From a virus (taxonomy: Duplodnaviria > Caudoviricetes): a stretch of DNA of 27,299 nt. The stretch's first letter is position 1. Each line of letters opens with the position of its first letter. The stretch is taken from IMG/VR virus record IMGVR_UViG_3300023173_000089, positions 1 through 27,299 of that record; one strand, 5' to 3'. The position numbers were made by a program, and so were the translations under genes. Under the pieces are notes generated by a model. That model searched no databases and had not been told where the DNA came from. It saw nothing but the letters and a program-made list of their open reading frames with translations. Shown piece by piece: positions 17,371-26,411 of the stretch.

Positions 17371-18072
17371 CTACTGATTATGGTATTGTTTTTTCAAAAT
17401 TTCAAAAGTCTGTTTCCAACCGTTGTCAATTTGGTGATATACATCACTGCGTTTTGCAATATCCCAATCGTTACCGCCCGGAAAACATTTGTCGCCAAAA
17501 AATACTACGTTGCCTTTAATGTGATTTAATGCTTGGCCTTTGTTGTGTCCTGCTTTAAAAATGTCTATACTAGTTTCGCCTGCTACTAGTGCCTCTGCTT
17601 CATTGCCAAAAAGTTTGTTAAATTCTTCTGATACAGTATTACGAGCCTTGTGTTCTTTTTCCCATTGTACATATCTTTGTCGTTGTTCAAAATTTGCATT
17701 TCTGCCACATATACTAAAATTTGCTGTGCCTGTACGTTGTTCTATATGATTGCCTGTTTTTTCTGGATAGTCTATTTTACTTAAAGCGTCCTCTAAGAAA
17801 TAGTATTGTTCTGATGTAAGTTGCCAATTATTACGTTCGTATTCTTCTGTGCCTTTATATACATGATTGCCGCTACAGTGAAAAACTAAGTCAAAACTAT
17901 TTGTTAACTTTTCACCAATTTGTTCAATTGTTTTTGGTCTATCTGATCCTGTACAAATGTAACATACATTATTACGAAGAAAATCATACATAAATTCTTC
18001 AAATACAGGATCAATAGTTTCTCGGGCATTAGTTAGTGTGCCATCTACATCAAAAACAAAACTAGTCATCAT
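17371..18072 (-). CDS. HAD-superfamily (IIB) eukaryote-type phosphomannomutase-like protein
   Basis: FDVDGTLT, TGSD, IEQRTGTANFSICGRNA, TSIDIF...K and FFGDKCFPGGND match PMM/Sec53-type motifs. Confidence 0.88.
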   Translation of the reverse strand: MMTSFVFDVDGTLTNARETIDPVFEEFMYDFLRNNVCYICTGSDRPKTIEQIGEKLTNSFDLVFHCSGNHVYKGTEEYERNNWQLTSEQYYFLEDALSKIDYPEKTGNHIEQRTGTANFSICGRNANFEQRQRYVQWEKEHKARNTVSEEFNKLFGNEAEALVAGETSIDIFKAGHNKGQALNHIKGNVVFFGDKCFPGGNDWDIAKRSDVYHQIDNGWKQTFEILKKQYHNQ

Positions 18073-18346
18073 CTATACCTATTACCCTATTGTTATACAT
18101 TTTTGCCCATATGTCAACTGGAATTTCTCCACTATTTCTGAGAGCAGTTCTTTTTTTGTCTCTAGATGTTTCAAACACCCAATCATCTGATATTGTAGTA
18201 TTAGCAGTAATACTGCTTATGTTGACTGTACTAGTTGTGTAATCGTTTATATCTATTGTGTAAGTATCGTCCATTGATGTACCGGTTGATAAAATAATAT
18301 CATCAAATGCATCTGGATCAAAATCATCAGGTTCCATATATTTCAT
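18062..18346 (-). CDS. Hypothetical protein (94 aa, acidic/Thr-rich N-terminus)
   Basis: Overlaps both neighbours in the operon; C-terminal GEIPVDIWAKMY. Confidence 0.65.
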   Translation of the reverse strand: MKYMEPDDFDPDAFDDIILSTGTSMDDTYTIDINDYTTSTVNISSITANTTISDDWVFETSRDKKRTALRNSGEIPVDIWAKMYNNRVIGIDDD

Positions 18347-18500
18347 ACCAAATTTTTAAAGGAATAGATCCATTTATTAAAATATGTATTGGGTGATCAA
18401 CTGCAGGTCTACTTTTAATAGTTTTACCGCCATCTGGACTTTCGTATATCATTGGTCCAGTTATCTTACTACATAGCCAATTGATGTCTACATTTTCCAT
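18327..18500 (-). CDS. Hypothetical protein (57 aa, YESPDGGKT motif), not in the ORF track
   Basis: ATG overlaps the gp46 stop (TAATG). Translates to MENVDINWLCSKITGPMIYESPDGGKTIKSRPAVDHPIHILINGSIPLKIWYEIYGT* and fills the gap exactly. Confidence 0.8.
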   Translation of the reverse strand: MENVDINWLCSKITGPMIYESPDGGKTIKSRPAVDHPIHILINGSIPLKIWYEIYGT

Positions 18501-20272
18501 TAAACAGCCTCTACTATTTCTGTATCAGTATTAAACGTAGTAAAGCCATTTTCTTTTGTGACTTGTAAGATTGTGTTAACACGACCTTGTAGTTCATCTC
18601 TGTGAGAGATTAAGAATATGTTTTTGTTACGCTCACGTTCCATTTTCTTTAGAACACCAAGTGCACTATCAACTCCGTTTGTATCCATGCCACTGTCTAC
18701 TAGTTCGTCGATTGCTAAGAAGTTAATGGGTGTATTCATAGTTTCAAATACATCTCTAAACGACCAACTTAGTCCTAGTATAAGTCTATTGCGTTCGCCT
18801 CGTGACAAGTTATCGAAGTCTAGTTCTCTACCAAGCTCTGTAATTTCTACAGTTAAGTCTGGTTGAAATGCTACGTCATGTGGTAATCCTAGTTTAGTTA
18901 GATAGTAAGCAAGTCTACTATTCAAGTACTGTAAGTTTTGCTCAATAATACGTTTACGTATAAAAGAGTCTTTGTTTGTTAACAGTTTGTACAGGAAGTC
19001 TTGGTGCTCTTTTACACGCACTAGTTCGTTCATCTTTTCCCAACTAACTTCTTGTATTGCGGTTTCCTTTAAACTGTCAATTTGCTCTTGATACGTATCT
19101 GTTTCTTGTTCTTTGTTTGTATATTCTGTACGCAAACTGTCAAGTTGACTTTGATGTTGATACGCTTCTTTTTCTGTATTGTAAAGTGTAACAGGTTCCA
19201 TACCTATTTCGCCTAACTGTTCAAGTGCACTTTTGTATTCTAATTTTAGTGTAAAATCATTGTTAATATGATCTTGTGATTCTTCAACTGCTAACTGCTT
19301 TGCTTTAAGTATTTCACCATGTTTTTTATCATGGATAGTTTGTCCGCAAGCATAACATTCGTGTTGCTCGGTTGCTAGTAAATCTTGTTTAGCTTTATCT
19401 AATCGCTTTTGTTCACGACTGATACTATTAGTTAATTTCGTAATCTCAGATTCAAGTGTGTTTACTTGTGTTTTCTTTTCGAGGTAATCAGCTAAAAGTT
19501 TATGATTTTCTAATTCTTTCTCGATATCAATTTTCTCTAATACATCAATTGCATTTGCTAGTTCTTGCAGTGTTTCTTGTTTTTTGCTTTGCCATAGACT
19601 TTGTCTACGTTCAAGGTCACTGATACTTTTCGCAATTGTGGCATTTGAATCTTCAACTGCTTTAATACGATACTCTTCTTCTTTAATTGCATCTTTGTTA
19701 AGCCTTTGTTGCTCTTTTAGGGCTTCTGCTTTTTCACTGAGCATTGTTATGCCTAATAGCTGCTCAATAATAGCACGTTGGTCGTTCGCCCGCATACTTA
19801 AAAATGGCTCTGTGTATGTGTTTAGTGCTACAATGTGTTTGAACATATCGTGGCTCATACCAAATAGCTTTTCAACTACTTGTTGTGTTTCTCTGTTTTC
19901 ACCTTGAGCTTCATTATTTTCATCAACATCGTTATCGTTAATATAAAACTTAAAAATGTTTGGTTTACGTCCACGTTCAATTCTATAACGGACGTTATCC
20001 TTTTCGAAGTCAAGAGTAACTAACATACTCTTACCGTTCGTTTTATTTATTAAGTTATCTTTACGTATGTTAGTTAGCGCATTTCCGTACATTGCATACG
20101 ATAATGCATTAATAATTGTGGTTTTTCCTGTGCCGTTACGAGAACCATCACCTCCTAAGTCAACATTATTACCCAGCACTAGTGTCAAACCATTATCATT
20201 GAAACGTACAGCTTGTGTAACGTTACCGACACTCATAAAGTTTTTAATTGTGATATCTTTAATTGTAATCAT
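18500..20272 (-). CDS. gp46: Recombination nuclease ATPase subunit (Rad50/SbcC-like)
   Basis: Walker A RNGTGKT, coiled coils with zinc hook CYAC, signature LSRGE, Walker B LAIDE, and ISH. Confidence 0.96.
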   Translation of the reverse strand: MITIKDITIKNFMSVGNVTQAVRFNDNGLTLVLGNNVDLGGDGSRNGTGKTTIINALSYAMYGNALTNIRKDNLINKTNGKSMLVTLDFEKDNVRYRIERGRKPNIFKFYINDNDVDENNEAQGENRETQQVVEKLFGMSHDMFKHIVALNTYTEPFLSMRANDQRAIIEQLLGITMLSEKAEALKEQQRLNKDAIKEEEYRIKAVEDSNATIAKSISDLERRQSLWQSKKQETLQELANAIDVLEKIDIEKELENHKLLADYLEKKTQVNTLESEITKLTNSISREQKRLDKAKQDLLATEQHECYACGQTIHDKKHGEILKAKQLAVEESQDHINNDFTLKLEYKSALEQLGEIGMEPVTLYNTEKEAYQHQSQLDSLRTEYTNKEQETDTYQEQIDSLKETAIQEVSWEKMNELVRVKEHQDFLYKLLTNKDSFIRKRIIEQNLQYLNSRLAYYLTKLGLPHDVAFQPDLTVEITELGRELDFDNLSRGERNRLILGLSWSFRDVFETMNTPINFLAIDELVDSGMDTNGVDSALGVLKKMERERNKNIFLISHRDELQGRVNTILQVTKENGFTTFNTDTEIVEAV

Positions 20273-21276
20273 AAGTTATTATATATGTCCACTAATAGTC
20301 GCTTATCAATCATTTCGCTGTCAACAGCATTAAGGCTATTATACACTATCTGGTCAACATTTTCAACTTCTAAATCATCTACTTGTCGCCAATCTTGTGT
20401 GTGTTCTTCTTTTTTGCTTGGCATTAGTGTAATGTCACGCAAATTATATTGTTGTGCAAATGTTTCTTTGATAAAACTTGCTTCTTCATACGTAATGTTT
20501 ACATCAAGTACAGCACGACAATATGTTTTGTTGTTTAGTATTCTATCGGCATCGTCGATAAGTGCACTGAGAGGAGTAGTTCTGTAACGTGGACCGTCAA
20601 AGTCTATATACTCTGGCTTACCTCCCCATGATAGTTTCATCATTCCTCTGTCATCATCCCAAGCGTCAGCATAATTATGCGGAAAAGGAGACCCTAAGTA
20701 ATGAATATTACCTTTATGCTGACGCTTGTGGAAGTGACCGCTGAACACGTATTCTGGTCCAGTAAGGTGTTCTACATTTAGCCCACCGTGATCTGGCATT
20801 TCAACCATTGCATTCATCTTAAAGTGTGGTAACTCAAAGTGTCCAAACATATATCTACATTTGGTTTTGTGTATTTGTTTCCACTCATCGCCTACTAGCC
20901 ACGGAACAAGTGCTACATCATCTTGCACAAGAGTGTTTTCTACTAATTCAACGTTGCTAAACAATCCAGCGTAAGGTAAACTGTTTAAGTCTCGCTTTTC
21001 TCGATAGTACAAATCATGGTTGCCCATAATCATATACACACGTTCAAAGTTTTCACTTAATTTTTGTACGTTGTCTACGCTGTAATTAAGAGTGCTTACA
21101 TTAACACCAGCACGATGATGGTGCCAATCACCTAAAAATATACAAGTTTCACAGTCTTCGCTTTGTTGAATAAACCAATCAACAAATTCTGCACAGTCAT
21201 CATTGTGTTGACGACTGTTGTTTTTGTTACCAAAGTGAATATCTGTAAAACAGGCTGCTCGATTAAAAAATGTCAT
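20269..21276 (-). CDS. gp47: Recombination nuclease subunit (Mre11/SbcD-like metallophosphoesterase)
   Basis: DIHFG, GDWHH, GNHD, GHFE and SGHFH motifs; overlaps the gp46 start. Confidence 0.96.
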   Translation of the reverse strand: MTFFNRAACFTDIHFGNKNNSRQHNDDCAEFVDWFIQQSEDCETCIFLGDWHHHRAGVNVSTLNYSVDNVQKLSENFERVYMIMGNHDLYYREKRDLNSLPYAGLFSNVELVENTLVQDDVALVPWLVGDEWKQIHKTKCRYMFGHFELPHFKMNAMVEMPDHGGLNVEHLTGPEYVFSGHFHKRQHKGNIHYLGSPFPHNYADAWDDDRGMMKLSWGGKPEYIDFDGPRYRTTPLSALIDDADRILNNKTYCRAVLDVNITYEEASFIKETFAQQYNLRDITLMPSKKEEHTQDWRQVDDLEVENVDQIVYNSLNAVDSEMIDKRLLVDIYNNL

Positions 21277-21282
21277 ACCTAT

Positions 21283-21311
21283 AGAATACTACTGTTAGGG
21301 TTATATGTCAA
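21283..21311 (-). promoter_or_regulatory. Sigma70-type promoter for gp47-gp46
   Basis: TTGACA (21311-21306), 17-nt spacer, TATTCT (21288-21283). Confidence 0.65.
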
Positions 21312-22190
21312 CTAGAAATTAGTTCCGGTTGCTTCTTTACGTTCTTTTTCCATTTGTTCATCCCACTTAGCACGTTCTGCTGCTTCATGGTCAAGTTGTC
21401 TACTGAAACTAGGCATTTGTCCTGCTTCTTGTAGTAAATCGTCACGTATGTTTTGATTACGTTTTTCTAAGTTTAGTATTCTTGTGAAACTATTTGTTAC
21501 TGCGGCTGTGTAATAAGCAAACGGATTTTGTGATTTAAGCTCGTTAAACTGCAATCCAATTTGTGATAACTGTAAAAGGGCATGACTACGCATTTCATCT
21601 ACATAAGTGTAGCCACGCCAGTTACTGCGCATACTATAACGTTCACATAGTTTGATAAACATCTTTGCTAGTTCATTGGAAATTTTTCCATGCTGTGTAT
21701 TAAATTTACCGTTGTCTAATCCACCTTCCCAATGACTGCGAACTACTTCTTTTGTTTCGCCGTTTACTTTAGCAAAGTGTTTGAATGGAGGAAAGTTACA
21801 TTTACTGTGATGATCTGCAACAGTTTTAGGTTTACTCTTGCGTCCTGGTTCCTCTGGTATATGTTCAAATGTCATAACTCTAAAAATTAAACTATCTGGA
21901 TCAATTTCTTCAGGATCAACTCTGCTGTCAGCTTGCTTAGGCTTATCCTTTGCTTTACGTGGACCGTCGTACCATTCTTTGTAAGCACGTTCGTATCCTT
22001 CGCCGCTTAGTTGATGAGCACGATTTTCACGTGCTTGTTGAATTACATCGTCTTTAAAAATGTCGTCGTATTCTTCTACAATAATATCAAATCTGTTGTA
22101 ATCGTTGTCTAGTGAATAGCAAAAAGACATTTTACTTTTGTGTATTTCTTTTAACATATCCTTATTGTTTAGATAATTTTGTTTCCTCAT
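21312..22190 (-). CDS. gp55: Late transcription sigma factor, gp55-like, with a large insertion
   Basis: NYLNNKDML, NWRGYTYVDEM and FNELKSQNPFAYYT motifs; upstream of gp47/gp46 as in T4-like phages. Confidence 0.92.
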   Translation of the reverse strand: MRKQNYLNNKDMLKEIHKSKMSFCYSLDNDYNRFDIIVEEYDDIFKDDVIQQARENRAHQLSGEGYERAYKEWYDGPRKAKDKPKQADSRVDPEEIDPDSLIFRVMTFEHIPEEPGRKSKPKTVADHHSKCNFPPFKHFAKVNGETKEVVRSHWEGGLDNGKFNTQHGKISNELAKMFIKLCERYSMRSNWRGYTYVDEMRSHALLQLSQIGLQFNELKSQNPFAYYTAAVTNSFTRILNLEKRNQNIRDDLLQEAGQMPSFSRQLDHEAAERAKWDEQMEKERKEATGTNF

Positions 22191-22214
22191 TATAATTTCC
22201 TTGAATATTAGTTT

Positions 22215-22243
22215 AATATAACAATTATATTGATAAATGTCAA
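22215..22243 (-). promoter_or_regulatory. Sigma70-type promoter for gp55
   Basis: TTGACA (22243-22238), 17-nt spacer ending in TGn, TATATT (22220-22215). Confidence 0.65.
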
Positions 22244-22272
22244 CCTAAAATTAAATTAGCACTTTATAAGGC

Positions 22273-22280
22273 AATAAATA
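22273..22280 (+). promoter_or_regulatory. Late promoter (AATAAATA) for the nucleotidyltransferase/baseplate operon
   Basis: Followed by RBS AGGAGA (22288-22293) and ATG at 22299. Confidence 0.75.
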
Positions 22281-22298
22281 GTAACATAGGAGATTACT

Positions 22299-22886
22299 AT
22301 GAGATATTCGCAACTTGTTGAAGCAGAAGCAAAAGATATTGCTGTATTTTACGGCGGTAGATTTCAGCCTATGCATAGTGGACATTTTCAAGTATATATG
22401 GACCTTGTTCGTAAGTTTGGTTCCGATAACGTATTTATCGCTACTACAGTTAGTAAAACTGCAACGCCCGACAAAGACCCATTTACATTTGATGAAAAGA
22501 AAATGATTGCAAACAAAATGTTTAATATACCAGCTGACAAAGTTTTAAACACACAGCCTTACAAACCAGATGTAAGTTTAACAGGAAAAGATCCTTCTAA
22601 CACTGCTATCTTACTTGTGTTTAGTGAAAAAGATGCTGGACGTTTAAAAACCGGTGGCTATCTCAGAATGTACAAAGACGGTGAAACGCTAACAACAGGT
22701 GATGAAGCAGGATACATTTACACTGTTCCTGTTAAAGATGATGGACGCAGTGCAACTACATTCCGTAATGCTATGCGTATGGATTTAGAAGCAGCAGAAA
22801 AGCAACGTGTGTTTAAAGATTTCTTTGGTGCATTCAATCCAGAAGTATTTGAATTTGTATTGGATAAGTTAAATGGCGATCAGTGA
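22299..22886 (+). CDS. HIGH-superfamily nucleotidyltransferase (cytidyltransferase-like)
   Basis: FYGGRFQPMHSGH (HxGH), DPFTFDEK and C-terminal SATTFR motifs. Confidence 0.88.
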   Translation: MRYSQLVEAEAKDIAVFYGGRFQPMHSGHFQVYMDLVRKFGSDNVFIATTVSKTATPDKDPFTFDEKKMIANKMFNIPADKVLNTQPYKPDVSLTGKDPSNTAILLVFSEKDAGRLKTGGYLRMYKDGETLTTGDEAGYIYTVPVKDDGRSATTFRNAMRMDLEAAEKQRVFKDFFGAFNPEVFEFVLDKLNGDQ

Positions 22887-23469
22887 TAACAGAGCTAGAT
22901 TAGAAACAGGCAGACCTGATTTATACTGTCAAGGACCTGCAGTATCATTGACAACTAATAGAGGAATATTATTTCCTAATCAGCCTGATATTTCATACCA
23001 ACAAAGTGTAAACTATAATACATACGACTTAGTTCATACAAATTATTCGTATCATAGTTATAGAAACACACCTAGTGCTCAAATTCAAGTTACTGCACAG
23101 TTTGCACAAACTACCCGAGAAGAACTAGCATATGTGTTAGGAGTGATACATTTTTTACGTAGTGTTACTAAAATGTACTATGGTACTAAAGATATAAAAG
23201 CTAATCCTAGTGCTGGCACTCCCCCGCCTGTGTTAAGATTTAGTGCATTCGGTAGTCAGCAATTTAATAGAATTCCTGTAATAGTAGGAAACTTTGCAAC
23301 AACATATGACAGTGGTGTTGATCTAGTAGAAATAAATGGTCAAAGTGTTCCAGTATTACAGACTATTTCAATAGACTTGATGCAGCAACAAAATCCTGAC
23401 AGGCAAAAGCAAGTGTTTAGTAAACATGGATTTTTAAATGGTAGCTTGTACGGTGAAGGATTTATCTAA
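22873..23469 (+). CDS. Baseplate/tail-tube initiator-like protein
   Basis: LFPNQPDI, HFLRSVTK and GTPPPVLRF motifs; directly upstream of the gp53-like gene, the usual position of the tube initiator. Confidence 0.6.
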   Translation: MAISDNRARLETGRPDLYCQGPAVSLTTNRGILFPNQPDISYQQSVNYNTYDLVHTNYSYHSYRNTPSAQIQVTAQFAQTTREELAYVLGVIHFLRSVTKMYYGTKDIKANPSAGTPPPVLRFSAFGSQQFNRIPVIVGNFATTYDSGVDLVEINGQSVPVLQTISIDLMQQQNPDRQKQVFSKHGFLNGSLYGEGFI

Positions 23470-23771
23470 TGAAAATAAATTATAAAGATAACAGTAACTA
23501 TTCTAAAACTAGTTTAAATCGTAAATATTTAGAAATATATAATCCTAAATTAACAATCGACTCATTGAGTCCTGAAACGAGAACTATGAAAGTTGAACCA
23601 AAGTATGACAGACGTCCTGATTTGTTAGCATATGATTTGTTTGGTAATGCAAACTTATGGTGGGTTATTGCACATTATAATAGAGAAGAACTTAAAGATC
23701 CATTAAACGATTTTGTAGCAGGATTAGAAATCGTTGTTCCTGTATCTTTCCGTAATACCGGGAGTCGTTAA
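23469..23771 (+). CDS. gp53: Baseplate wedge protein, gp53/LysM-like
   Basis: RPDLLAYDLFGNANLWWVIAHYN motif; TAATG coupling on both sides. Confidence 0.85.
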   Translation: MKINYKDNSNYSKTSLNRKYLEIYNPKLTIDSLSPETRTMKVEPKYDRRPDLLAYDLFGNANLWWVIAHYNREELKDPLNDFVAGLEIVVPVSFRNTGSR

Positions 23772-26410
23772 TGGCTGAAGATATAATCGACTACATTATT
23801 AGAAAAGAAGGATTTAGTGCAGATCCGTATTGGGACGTCCAACAATGGAGTATAGGTCATGGTTCTTATGCAGGTAGTACAGACCCTAACAATAAACCTA
23901 ATATGCAAGTCACACGAGATCAAGCATATGATTTATTTAAACAACAACTTTCTGTATATCGGGAAAGAGTAGACAAGTACGACAGTAGATATAACTGGAC
24001 GCCGCAAGAACGAGACGCACTTACTAGTTTTGCATATAACATAGGCAGTATTGATCAGTTAACAGCAAACGGTACTAGATCAAAATCACAAATTGCTCAA
24101 AAAATGTTGGAATACAACAAAGCAGGCGGTGAATTTTCACAAGGTTTATTTAACAGACGTAAAGAAGAACAAGCAATATTCTTAAATGGTGGTCTTGCTG
24201 CAAGTTCTGAAGAAGCTGAAACATCTGACTTAGACGCATTCGGCGGCGCAGGTGAAGACGTAACAGATGAAACAAAAGCAGGTAAAGAACCTGGCAGAAG
24301 TAGACGTCCGGCAGGTACAAGTCATTATATATCTAATCCTCTTAATCAGTATGATACATTTTCATATCAATGGACTATATACATGGTACATCCGCTGAAA
24401 ATGGAACAAGATCGCCTAGCAGAAATAGCTGACGGTGACGACTCTATTATCATAAGTCAAACTGGTGTAGACGATGAAGTTAGTTTACAATCAGTTATAC
24501 AAGATTTAGTATTAAGTTTTGAACAAGAAAATAGAAATGCAGCGGCTAACACCTTTGCAGTTACATTTGTAGAACCTGGCGGTTTTACATTATTCAATAG
24601 AATTGTTGAAGCTGCACAAAGATTAGGTATAGAAAATCACTTACTTGCTTGTTATATTATGAAGTTGGAATTCAAAGGCTGGGTAGGTGACAGAGCTGTA
24701 AGCGGTCCAGGACCGTTCTATTATTCAACTACTTGTACCGGAATAACTTTTGATTTTAAAGACGGAGTAAGTACATATTACGGAAATTTTATTGAAACAA
24801 AAACCGAAGCATTTAACAGATTAGAGTTACATATAAAAGAAGAACTTCATATTAATAATGTTACAACATTTGGAGATTTTTTAAAAGAACTTGAAACAAG
24901 ACACAACGAACAATTAGAAGAACAATTAGCAAGAAATAAAGGACAAGTTGAACGTGATAGATATTTCTTTAAGACAACCGAAGAATGGGCTAATTGGAAG
25001 TTTGACCAAGTTAATACTGAAGCACTATCGCAAACTCGTGGTATTAGTGTAACAGGAGACGGTACTTTAAAATTTACTTTGCCGCAAGGTACAGCACTAA
25101 ATGCAGCGATTGCTACAGCGTTATTCCAAACTAGAGAATTTAAACAAATATTAACTGACAAAGGTCAGTTTATAAAAAATGACCCTGATGAAGGAGAAGC
25201 AGATCCTGTTAAGCTAGCTGAACTAACAAAATGGGTTTCGTTCAACACTGATATAAAATATTTTATGTATGACGCTGTTGCAAAACAGTATAAAAAAGAA
25301 ATTACATACAGTGCCGATTCGATAATTGCGCCAACGCTAATTCATGATCCAGTTAGTTTCAAACGACTTCATATAAGTAAAGATCTTCAACAAGACAGGC
25401 TTGCTAACATATTTGAAAAAGGATTACTCAAAAAGAGATTTGATTATATGTTGACTGGTCTAAACACAGAAGTTTTAGATTTAGATATAAAATTAGATAC
25501 AGCATACTATGCTATTCAAGCACTTAATAGTGGTGCACTTCGAAATACATCCGATGTATTCACTGGTAGTAGTTTCGAAGGACAACAAGAAACAAATGAA
25601 AAGAAAAATCAATCATCATTATTAGAAGGGCAAATATCAGCAGCTGAACTTCAACTTAAAAGAATTAATAAAGATATTGAAATACAAACTAATAATACTG
25701 ATCCTAGAGATTTCGAAGGACAAAGACAACGAAAACGTATAACTGAATTACGCAATCAACAAGATGAAATAAGTGCTAAACTTAGACAACTTAAAATAGA
25801 TTTAAAAGAAGCAGAAGAAGCATATGCCTCTGCACTAAAACAACAACGTGAAGGATATTCTGGCCGTTCTACTAGAATTCCTCCTATAGAAAACAAATAT
25901 ATTACACAAAGTGAATTGTTCTCAGGAAGTGGAAACTATAATGTATCAAATGAAAGAGAAGATTTACCGCAAAGATTTGAATACGCTCCGGTGAATTCAC
26001 TTGCCAACGGCGGACCTGAAAAGAAAAACGACGACATTGGATCTAGTATGCTAGGTGCAATGGAGCTAAACTTAAATGCACTCGGCGATTTAATGCAACA
26101 GCAGATTTTCATAAGAGGAGATCCCTATTGGCTAGGTCAATCAAATGGTGCTGAGTACATGACCGGCGGAGTTTATTATTTCTTAAATTTAAACTTTCCA
26201 ACATATCCTGACATGGATTCGGGATTAATGGGCAGTATAAGTAGTAGAGAAGCAACTGGTCAATTTACAATTACAGGATTGTACGTAGTACTACAAGTAC
26301 AAGCAAGATATGACGGCGGCGAATTTACAATGCTTCTAAGGTCTTACAGAGATACGAATACAAACAATCAACTAACGTACGAAGAATTAATGAGAGGTTA
26401 CGTGAGATAA
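23771..26410 (+). CDS. Baseplate hub-like protein with an N-terminal GH24 (phage lysozyme) domain
   Basis: Residues ~1-140 carry KEGFSADPYWD..WSIGHG, DALTSFAYNIG and GLFNRRKEE. C-terminal IRGDPYWLG and GLYVVLQV are hub-type motifs. Sits between gp53 and gp5. Confidence 0.8.
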   Translation: MAEDIIDYIIRKEGFSADPYWDVQQWSIGHGSYAGSTDPNNKPNMQVTRDQAYDLFKQQLSVYRERVDKYDSRYNWTPQERDALTSFAYNIGSIDQLTANGTRSKSQIAQKMLEYNKAGGEFSQGLFNRRKEEQAIFLNGGLAASSEEAETSDLDAFGGAGEDVTDETKAGKEPGRSRRPAGTSHYISNPLNQYDTFSYQWTIYMVHPLKMEQDRLAEIADGDDSIIISQTGVDDEVSLQSVIQDLVLSFEQENRNAAANTFAVTFVEPGGFTLFNRIVEAAQRLGIENHLLACYIMKLEFKGWVGDRAVSGPGPFYYSTTCTGITFDFKDGVSTYYGNFIETKTEAFNRLELHIKEELHINNVTTFGDFLKELETRHNEQLEEQLARNKGQVERDRYFFKTTEEWANWKFDQVNTEALSQTRGISVTGDGTLKFTLPQGTALNAAIATALFQTREFKQILTDKGQFIKNDPDEGEADPVKLAELTKWVSFNTDIKYFMYDAVAKQYKKEITYSADSIIAPTLIHDPVSFKRLHISKDLQQDRLANIFEKGLLKKRFDYMLTGLNTEVLDLDIKLDTAYYAIQALNSGALRNTSDVFTGSSFEGQQETNEKKNQSSLLEGQISAAELQLKRINKDIEIQTNNTDPRDFEGQRQRKRITELRNQQDEISAKLRQLKIDLKEAEEAYASALKQQREGYSGRSTRIPPIENKYITQSELFSGSGNYNVSNEREDLPQRFEYAPVNSLANGGPEKKNDDIGSSMLGAMELNLNALGDLMQQQIFIRGDPYWLGQSNGAEYMTGGVYYFLNLNFPTYPDMDSGLMGSISSREATGQFTITGLYVVLQVQARYDGGEFTMLLRSYRDTNTNNQLTYEELMRGYVR

Positions 26411-26411
26411 A

